Shown here: piece after piece, positions 38,301 through 46,557 of the stretch
How positions within the stretch are numbered: the first letter of the stretch is position 1
Layout: each line of letters begins with the position of its first letter
Source of the DNA: Podarcis vaucheri
Lineage: Eukaryota
Direction: 5' to 3' (one strand)
Length of the DNA stretch: 64,000 nt
Assembly: GCA_965113315.1 (NCBI GenBank)
Contig: OZ220363.1
The notes under the pieces: generated by a model
Seen by the model: the letters and a program-made list of their open reading frames with translations, nothing else
Told to the model about the DNA's origin: nothing
The model's database searches: none
Translations under genes and position numbers: made by a program

Positions 38301-39070
38301 AAAATTGGCTGCATTATGCCCAAATTAATGAGGTTTTTAAGCTAGACAAAAAAACAGGTTTCCAGGTGGAAAAATCGAAACTTGAGACAGAGTTGCTTGA
38401 ACCAAAGACCAAGTTATTATCGAGAATGTATAACTTGCTGCTTAAATGGAACACTCAAGATGAGATAGTTAAATCAGCAATGATAAAATGGGCTCAGGAC
38501 ATTGGTTATAATATTATGTCTGATGACTGGGAAAGGTTATGGACCACCGGTATGAAGTTTACTGCATGTAATGCTTTGAAAGAAAACATTATGAAAATGG
38601 TATACAGGTGGTACATGACCCCGGTTAAGCTAGCTAAGATTTACCATTTGTCCGATAACAAATGTTGGAAATGCAAGGAAGCTGAGGGAACATTCTTTCA
38701 CCTCTGGTGGACCTGCCCAAGACTGAAGGCCTTCTGGGAAATGATCTATAATGAGTTAAAAAAGGTGTTTAAGTACACTTTTCCCAAGAAACCAGAGGCC
38801 TTCCTTCTAGGCATTGTCGGCCAGAAGGTGTCTAAAAAGGATAGAACTTTTTTTATGTACGCTACAACAGCAGCAAGAATTCTTATCGCTAAGCATTGGA
38901 AGACCCAAGATTTGCCCACACTGGAGGACTGGCACACGCAACTGATGAACTACATGGAATTAGCCGAGATGACTGCAAGGATTCGAGACTTGGGAGAAGA
39001 AGCAATGGAGGAGGACTGGAAAAAATTTAAAGACTATTTGCAAAAGTATTATAAGTTATATGAAACATAA
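35330..39070 (+). CDS. L1 ORF2p (1246 aa): APE endonuclease, reverse transcriptase, CCHC zinc knuckle
   Basis: SWNING, LQETH, GDMN, RID, SDH (EN); KSPGPDG, YRPISLLN, DAEKAFD, GTRQGCPLSP, FADD, KYLG (RT); CWKC...HLWWTC. Confidence 0.97.
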   Translation: MSLQLYSWNINGANSPEKRKRIFHILKKENLDIICLQETHVTRVHRKVLTNKRLGQEFISSDRVKKRGVVIYAKETLSPKLLFKDEQGRILAIEISTQGEKILILGIYAPNEGKSEFYKKLHETLLDYLDYSNIIMMGDMNGVVSTFMDKSQNQNLTKDGRLPKTFFELTDNMDLIDSWRTRNPLGKEGTFFSEAHLSWTRIDQIWTTRGLAPKTTKIEICPKTCSDHNALKMEMRFTTADSFRWKMNDNLLRDQEIVKKAQKALKDYFEINLNTSVEKRTIWDASKAVMRGFLIQQNTIKKKLWNGKKDKILEKIRDGEKKLRLNPKSKETLREIKFHQSQYAQLINQEVEWRIKQMKQRSFESANKCGKLLAWQLKKRQKLNYVTNLEVEGKNIQKPGEIRKCFQKYFKKLYTQGPEDVTEIEQFLKENGLPEISQEKRSTLNCKITQQEIEDAIQNMQLGKSPGPDGLTSKYYRTLKDYLIQPLEEVCNQIMGGGKAPDTWKEAFITLIPKVETEKTQLKNYRPISLLNVDYKIFADILANRFKKVLNEIIHKDQAGFLPGRHLFDNTRNIIDILELLQTNINTKAVLIFIDAEKAFDNISWKFMKKNLEGMGVGRGFENGIEAIYSEQKAKLIVNNVVTEELHIEKGTRQGCPLSPLLFISVLEVLLNMIREDRQVQGIRVGAKQYKLKVFADDLVLTLQEPEPSTKRVLELIQKFGRVAGFKLNKQKTKVLGKNLTAMETEGFQKETELNIVKKVKYLGVNLSSKNLNLFKDNYEKCWLEVKKDLEIWSRLKLSLLGRIAAIKMNVLPKMLFLFQALQIVDRVECFGKWQKDISRFVWQGKKPRIKFKILTDAKERGGFALPDLRLYYEAAAFCWMKDWILLENTDVLDLEGFNNSLGWHAYLWYDKGKSYGMFKNHIVRKAIYMVWKKYKDLLESKTPRWISPIEAKARKTTNMEAYWPKYWEIIENIEGNWRLQSFEKLKDKVQNWLHYAQINEVFKLDKKTGFQVEKSKLETELLEPKTKLLSRMYNLLLKWNTQDEIVKSAMIKWAQDIGYNIMSDDWERLWTTGMKFTACNALKENIMKMVYRWYMTPVKLAKIYHLSDNKCWKCKEAEGTFFHLWWTCPRLKAFWEMIYNELKKVFKYTFPKKPEAFLLGIVGQKVSKKDRTFFMYATTAARILIAKHWKTQDLPTLEDWHTQLMNYMELAEMTARIRDLGEEAMEEDWKKFKDYLQKYYKLYET

Positions 39071-39478
39071 GATGTCGTGTGATTGGGAATCTAGCCCCAG
39101 TAACAAAACTTAATTATTTATGAAATTTGATAAGATTTATGAAAGAATCAAGGTTTAAATGGGTAAAAACGATATTATGGTATATTGCTCAGAGTATATA
39201 TTGATCAAGAGATTTAAATTTAAACTGTAATTGAAAATAGAAAGAAACATACGAAATAAGGATATAATTTGCTGATAAATTTATTGTTAAGAAATGCATT
39301 CTGCGAGGGATGGGGGAAGTCCAATGGAAATTTGAAATGAGTTATCGAAATGGTCGTGTTTTTCTTTTTCCTTTTTTTCTGGTCTTTTTTTTTTTTCTTC
39401 TTACTTTTTGATCTCTTTGTTATTTCTGTAAAAAATGTAATAAAAATTATTATAAAAAAAAAAAGTCCTACTTCTCGG

Positions 39479-41289
39479 CCTCCATTGCCTCCGCTAGCTC
39501 TCGCCCGGCGCAATTATTTAGTATAATTAGGTCTTTAACGTCCCTCGAAGGACAGCCAAATTTAAATAACAATTCGACACACAGCTGTGAGGCATTTGCG
39601 AGCTTTTTTGCGGAGAAGGTCCTGTTGCTCCGCCATGACCTCTCTGCCAATTTGGATACAATGAAGGAACTGGAGGCCCCTCGACTGTCCTCGGGTCCAG
39701 TATTGGACCACTTTGACCGGATATCCCCAGCCGATGTGGACAGACTCCTCCAAGCTGGAAAGCCCACCACTTGTCCTCTTGACCCGTGCCCGTCCTGGCT
39801 GATTAGAGCGTGTCCAGACGAGGTGCGGGCCCCCCTGGGTGATATCATCAATTTGTCCCTTGGCACTGGGATATTCCCAGGGGAACTGAAGGAGGCAGTG
39901 GTGCGTCCGCTCTTAAAGAAAACATCATTAGATCCTTTAGATCTATCCAATTACCGCCCGGTTTCGAATTTGCCATTCCTGGGCAAGGTGATTGAGAGAG
40001 CGGTTGCTGAACAGCTTGGTAGGTTTCTGGATGAAACATCTGCTCTCGATCCATTCCAGTCCGGCTTCCGCGCTGGTCATGGGACCGAGACGGCTCTGGT
40101 CGCCCTAACAGATGATCTCCGTAGGCAGCTGGATCGAGGCGGGTCGGGGCTGCTGATTCTTCTAGACCTGTCAGCAGCCTTCGACATGGTCGATCACGAA
40201 CTCCTGGACCGCCGCCTTGCCGACGTGGGGATACAGGGCACAGTCCTTCAATGGCTGCGCTCGTTTCTCTCCGGTCGGGGACAGAGGGTGGCGCTTGGGG
40301 GGGAATTGTCATCGCGCCACTCCTTGGTGTGTGGAGTGCCTCAGGGTGCGATTCTCTCCCCGATGCTTTTTAACATCTTTATGCGCCCCCTCGCCCAGCT
40401 TGTCCGGAGTTTTGGGCTGGGTTGCCATCAGTATGCCGATGACACCCAACTCTATCTGTTGATGGATGGCCATCCTGACTCGGCCCCAGATACACTGACC
40501 AGATGTCTGGAAGCTGTGGCTGGATGGCTACGTGGGAGCCGGTTGAAGTTAAACCCTTCGAAGACAGAGGTCCTCTGGCTGGGACGGAGCGATATGGGAT
40601 CGAGGGGGCAACTCCCATCTCTTGCGGGGGTGCAATTAGTGCCAGCATCGTCCGTGAAGAGTCTGGGTGTAATCTTCGATACCTCCCTCTCTATGGAGGC
40701 GCAGATTACAGCTATAACAAAGGCGGCGTTTTTTCATCTCCGCCAAGCTAAGCAGTTGGCTCCTTATCTCTCTCGCCCTGACCTAGCCACTGTGATCCAT
40801 GCGACGGTCACCTCCAGACTGGATTATTGTAACTCGCTCTACGTGGGGCTGCCCTTGAGACTGACCCAGAAACTCCAGCGGGTGCAGAATGCCGCGGCGA
40901 GACTCCTTACGGGGTCTTCGCTGCGAGATCATATCCATCCGGTGCTGTACCAGCTGCACTGGCTCCCGGTGGAGTACAGGATCAGGTTTAAGGTGCTGGT
41001 TTTAACCTTTAAAGCCCTATACGGCCTAGGACCCTCGTACCTACGGGACCGCCTCTCCTGGTATGTCCCACAGACAAATTTACAGTCTGCAAATAAAAAC
41101 ACCCTAAAGAACCCAGGCCTCAGAGAGGTTAGGCTGGCCTCAACTAGAGCCAGGGCCTTCTCGGCTGCGGCTCCAATCTGGTGGAACGCTCTGTCACAAG
41201 AGACTAGGGCCCTGCAGGACCTGACATCCTTCCGCAGGGCCTGCAAGACAGAGCTGTTCCACCAGGCCTTTTGTCAGGGCGCAGCCTGA
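39479..41289 (+). pseudogene. L2 ORF2 RT domain (open frame, no EN domain, separated from its N-terminal part)
   Basis: NYRPVSNLPFLGKVIE, FQSGFR.GHGTETAL, LLDLSAAFD, GVPQGAILSP, YADD, LNPSKTE, RLDYCNSL, LHWLP. Confidence 0.9.
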
Positions 41290-41473
41290 CCCCCTCCTCT
41301 GGCAATCTGCACAAAACTTTGCCTGATGGTTGCCATTAATTTGATTTTAATTTGATTTAATTAATTTTATAATGAATGTTTTACAATGTTGAACCATTTG
41401 ATTGTTGTTAGCCGCCCTGAGCCCGGCTTCGGCTGGGGAGGGCGGGATATAAATAAAATTTATTATTATTATT
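39479..41473 (+). mobile_element. Young L2 LINE, 3' part with RT, 3' UTR stem-loop and (TTA)n tail
   Basis: Continues the frame from 33260; stop at 41289; tail ...GGGCGGGATATAAATAAAAT(TTA)n. Confidence 0.92.
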
Positions 41474-41877
41474 ATGTCACAGTGAAACAGCTCCCATACA
41501 GCTGGGTGTGCTTGTGAAGCGGAGCTCAAAGAGCAATGGAGGACTGGGACATGAATGTCTCAACGTTCCTCCAAAGAGATATCCTTCATTCATGTTCTAG
41601 GCATGTGATGGTGCCTCCTGAAGATTTGTGACTCAGTGATCTTTTCTTTGGGGGCTCTGCCGGGACAAGGGACTGTTGCACATCCCAGTCATAATATTCA
41701 GTGACCTCTGTTTGTCTCGGTTGTTTTCCTCATAGGTCTTCCCTCCCTATAAGCCTATTTTTCAGACTATGCCACTTACAAAACAATTTCTTATGCAGTT
41801 TGAAGCTCATCTAAGATACCACATAGCAAGGCTAGATTGTACTATTAGATTAAAAGCTAATGCTTAGAGTATGTTGA

Positions 41878-42198
41878 GTGGATATGTACTCAAAGAAGGT
41901 CTTTGGAGTTGACTAAACACTGTGGCCTTGTGACAAAGGCTCTCCTCCTGAAGGGAGGGGAGTGGTTGTGGGCGGTAGCCCGAGCCCCGCCTCTAGCAGG
42001 GGGCGTTAGCCCCCTGCCTCCCACTCACCTGGCTGGTGGCCACGCCCATCGGCAGGCACCCAACCAGGTGCCTCCAAGGGGGCGTGTACAGCAGCCTTAA
42101 TACGGCGGCGCCAGCCCCTCCTCGGCCTCACCCTTCGTCGTGGATATGTACTCAAAGAAGGTCTTTGGAGTTGACTAAACACTGTGGCCTTGTGACAA
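41878..42198 (+). repeat. 59-bp perfect direct repeat enclosing a 203-bp GC-rich insert
   Basis: GTGGATATGTAC...CCTTGTGACAA at 41878-41936 and 42140-42198. Confidence 0.93.
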
Positions 42199-44267
42199 CA
42201 AAGCCATGGACAAGTTCATGACCAAACTACACTCTGCCTGACTTCATTCATCAGTTCAAGTTTTGTAGACTAAAACTTGAATTGACCCTAGCCATCTGGC
42301 TATATATTTCTTAGTTTTCACATTGACAAAACTTGTGGGCAGACTTCACATACTACTCTTTGTCCAGAAAGATAAAGTTGAAAGGAGATGGTGGTCAGTT
42401 AAGAATGATGGGTTGACAGACTAAGGGAATAAAGTATGGTTTGGCACAGAAATTTAGCCAAGAAAAAAAGAAAGAAAAACAAAACTATTCTGAACTGACG
42501 TGTCAGGTTTCCAGTAGTTCTAGAGAAATTATGGGGCTTTGCTCTCTCATTTTTTTGAGCGCTGCTGCCCATCTTTTGGCACAGCAATCCTTGTGGGCCA
42601 GCATAGGTTCTTACTTTAAGTTACCACATGCACTTCCAAATCCAACTCCTGCTGCATTTCAGTTGGGGAGCCAATTGTGATTTAATGGATAACCCACCCA
42701 AAGCCACAGCATATTAAATAAGCATCCCTGCTTGCAAAGGAACAATTAGGAGCTCACTCTAAGCTCCTAGGTTTTCCTTTGTAGTTGTGTTTGTACCTCA
42801 CCTCACTTGACAGCAGGTGGGCGTCATCAGGATTTTGGTCTTTCAAATTTCAGTGGCACCCTGTAGGAGGCCAAAAATCAAAGGAGGGCATAAGAGAAAG
42901 GGGAATCTTCTCTGTACTTTTGTGTGGACTCCCCTGACCTCCTCCAAAATTTGGCCCAAATCAGAGTTTTCCTATTAGTATTTAAAGCCCATACCAGCTT
43001 GGGACCAGCTTGTCTCAACGATTGCCTTGCTCCATACTTGCCCACTTGACCACTTCAAGCTGTGGAACTTGCACTTCTACAAGTTCCATATAATGTTCAT
43101 TCCACAGTTAGAAGTCATATCTTTTCATGTGGTGGGCACCCTTGCTAGACGCCTGCTTAAGAAAAAATATTATTTCAGCAATCCTACTCAGACATATAAT
43201 TTAGTTACATATACTTGTTTTTTTAAAAATTGTTGATTTTATCTGTGGTGTCATTATTTTATATACGCTGTTTAGCTATTCTTTAAAAATAAGAGAGCAG
43301 TATATAAATTTTGCTGAGTAAAAAATCCATGTCCTAGGTTTGGAGGACCCTCTACAATGAAAGGTAGCACTGCAGAGGGAAGATGAATTCACAGAAAACC
43401 ACCTCTCATTTTTTATGTCAACCGACGTCTGTGCTGGATCAAAAGCCATTCTTCAACCAGCATGTCAGCACTGGATTTAACCCAGGCAGACTAGAACAAA
43501 GTAAACATGGGTTCAAACATTCAACTTTCTTTGTTCACCTTAATAGGAATTATATTTATAAATAGAAGAAAATTACTTAAAACACAAGTCAAACATAAAA
43601 CCACCAGAGGAGGAGGGGACAGGAGAGAAGTGATGACAAAATAGTAATAAAAACTTAGGCTGTGTACACACTCCCAGTGTTGGTGTTTGAAGCTGTGTAC
43701 ACATGACCTTAGCCACAATCTGTACCTATCCTGCAGTTATGTGGAGAAATACTGCTGTTTGATGCACTTTCCCTCAAACTATCTTCCATCCTATCTGAAA
43801 GCGTAAGCCGTCATTTATATACCTCCCCCAAAAGCCCATCCCAGAATGTTGGCTCCATAACAGAGAAGGTCTAGTCAATTCCTCCAGCTGTTGTCATCTC
43901 TTTGTAAAATGTTTTCAACAGGTTTGATTCTGCATTAGATAATGTCAGGTGCTCCTGTAAATTGGCAACTGAAAAATAGGCAAGATTTAGATTGCTAAAC
44001 TGAAACCTACTGTACTTGATCTCATTCAGTGAATGGAAGTAGGAGTGAAAAGCATTACTTAAGGCATCTTTTTAAAAAACAAAAACAAACAATGACTTGG
44101 AATGACTTTGCTGTACCAAACAAAATGTTTGAGGTGCAAGCAGCTGGCAAAAGGAGAGAAAAGTTCAAGAGTTTAAGTTGCCAAGGGAACTCAGAAGCAG
44201 TTGGTTTATGCCAGTAAATTAGGAACAGAGGAGGGGGGAAGCACCCCCCTTTTTTGCCTAGAAAAGC

Positions 44268-44297
<30 letters not shown>

Positions 44298-44299
<2 letters not shown>

Positions 44300-44320
44300 G
44301 AGGTTGAATTTCCATTTGCG
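44298..44320 (+). CDS. NAV2: Candidate alternative first coding exon of a short NAV2 isoform (MRLNFHLR-YMTDGG...)
   Basis: ATG AGG TTG AAT TTC CAT TTG CG|GTAAGT; phase 2 matches acceptor 49662 (CG+G = Arg). No expression evidence. Confidence 0.4.
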
Positions 44321-44727
44321 GTAAGTCCTTTTAATGCTCTATTAATAACAGTTGGATAAATAAAGGTTGTACACTGAATGCGACTGTAGAAAATGAATTT
44401 TACGACCCATTACTAGTTGTAGAATAGCACTGTCATTGAAAAAAATCCTGAGATAATCAGGGAAATGAATCAGAGAATTATTTTCGTAGTTTATGCTTAA
44501 TTCATTAATTAATTTCTGTCATTCCCATCTGCCATTTTTAAGCTATGCTAAACACCCTTTAGATGTTTTGAGAAAGTGCTGAAATTTAATAATTTGCATA
44601 GAAATCACAAAAGTTGAAGGGCTTCTCTGGGTTAGCTCCCCAAATGCAATAAAACCCAAATGCCTCAGTGTGTCATTTGCACTTTCCATTATTCAAATGG
44701 GTTTAGGCAGTGTGTGTTGAGTTACTT

Positions 44728-44922
44728 TAAGAACACAAAAGCCATCAGATCAAAGGTCCATCTAGCCCATCATCCTGTTCTTACAGCGGTCAATCAGATG
44801 CCTATGGAAACCCTGCAAGCAGGATCTTAGTACAACAGCACTCTTCCCCACTTGTATCTGCCAGCGAATGGTATGCAGAGACATATTGCTTCTGACTCTG
44901 GAAGTAGAATATAGCCATCATG
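44728..44922 (-). mobile_element. Old CR1-type 3' UTR fragment
   Basis: Same family as 3557-3830. Confidence 0.6.
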
Positions 44923-45542
44923 CTTTATCTTCAGAGGAACCCTGTGAAGTAGGTTAGGTTGAGTAGCCTAAATTTACCCAGTGAGCTTGACAGCTGATCA
45001 GGATTTTAATCGATACTTCTCCAGTCCAATCCTAAAGCTATCAACTTTTCAATCTACATTGACCTAATTTGTACTTTATGCTAAGGCAAACCATGGCTTA
45101 GCCTAAATGAGCACATGGGCTCTGGAAGAGGAAATTGCAGCCACTTTGCACCTCTGCTGCTGTTGCTGCTGTACTGTGCTGAGGTAAGCCATGGTTTGAC
45201 TTAATGTGCTCTCTGAACCCTGGCTCATGGTTCAGTTCTCTCCAGAGTCTGACCACAAACTGTAACCCGAGATTTGTCCTGTAGAGTTTACAGTTTGGGC
45301 TTTGTCTGGGAGAGCTAAGCCATGACCCAGTGCTCAGTGTAGCAGCAAAATGACTGGAAAGGAACAAAGTGAATTGGCTTAGCATGACTGTGGGAACCAG
45401 GCCTCTGTAGACATTATTTTAACTGCAGCTTCCTATGTAACCATCCACAAGTGATAATCTTTTTCTACATTTGGTTAAAAGAAGGCACCTATTCTTGCAT
45501 GCTGCTGCTGTTAAAGACACAGTTACTGAGGCTGACTGAAAA

Positions 45543-45598
45543 ACTGGTGCATTTTGTTCATTATATCATACTGGTGCATTTTGTTCATTATATCATAC
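45543..45598 (+). repeat. Perfect 27-bp tandem duplication
   Basis: ACTGGTGCATTTTGTTCATTATATCAT twice, plus AC. Confidence 0.95.
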
Positions 45599-46478
45599 AT
45601 CACAGTGCTTAATTACTACCTCTTTCTTGCAATTGTTTTATGAAATGGTAATGTTATGTGTTATAAAAAAAATTGGTGTTTTTGCACTAGAATAGTGAGA
45701 TTTAAAAAATAAAATAAATAAATAAGTAGACTAGATAACCAGGTAGCAATCATTAAATATGTCCATAATCGATTTTCATCTACTGGTTGTTTGTATTCAT
45801 GATTGTATGAGGATTCCACAGATGAGTTCAATAAATATCCCAGTGAAATACATTTTGGATAGCCAATCATTCAAATCTCTGTTTATATCTCCAATACATG
45901 TTGCAACTTCTTGTTGTGCTAGAGGGTCACAGACTTTGTCTTAACCTGCCTGCCAAAGTTAAGTAAACTTCCCCCTCAAAAGCTGTGCTTCTGTGGAGCA
46001 ATAATTCAGCAGAGCAAATGGGGGAATTTGTTACTTACAATTCCTCTGGCACACTGGCCCTAACCCCAAATCAACAGCTTCTTCATTTATGACAACCTTA
46101 AGAAGGAGAGCTTTATTGGGTATGAGAAGTCCATTTGCTCTGTTTTCCCAATAGTTTTGCTAATTGCAAAATCTAATATGCCTACACACAAATACACACA
46201 ATGTATCTTGGTGAGGGGGGTGTTATTGTTGAAGGAAGCAGAACAGCACATTATTCATAGCTATTCACACTGTTATTTTTAATCAAATATTTGGGTACAA
46301 AATATGTCCTGATAGTGAAGAATGGTGGCTGCTGCTGTTTTCGGACAAGCACAAAGATTACACCATAAACATGCATACATTTGGAAAGCCATTTTTCTTA
46401 TTCATGTGCTCTGTCTGCATAGGTCTGCCAAAAGAGGCACAAGTGTTTCACTTAAAATAATGAAAACTAAAAAGATGG

Positions 46479-46480
<2 letters not shown>

Positions 46481-46554
<74 letters not shown>
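46481..46554 (+). repeat. Compound microsatellite (TC)20(AC)17
   Basis: Direct reading. Confidence 0.95.

Positions 46555-46557
<3 letters not shown>

Larger units (their letters stand above)
33261..39459 (+). mobile_element. Full-length L1 LINE, about 6.2 kb, both ORFs intact
   Basis: Starts GACTTCCGG; CpG-rich 5' UTR; ORF1; ORF2; 3' UTR; AATAAA (39439-44); A-tail; 19-bp TSD AAAAAGTCCTACTTCTCGG (33242-60 and 39460-78). Confidence 0.96.

Noticed and set aside
41878-42198. CRISPR-like repeat-spacer unit or mini LTR element
   Set aside because: Only two repeats, eukaryotic context, no TG..CA ends, PBS or PPT.
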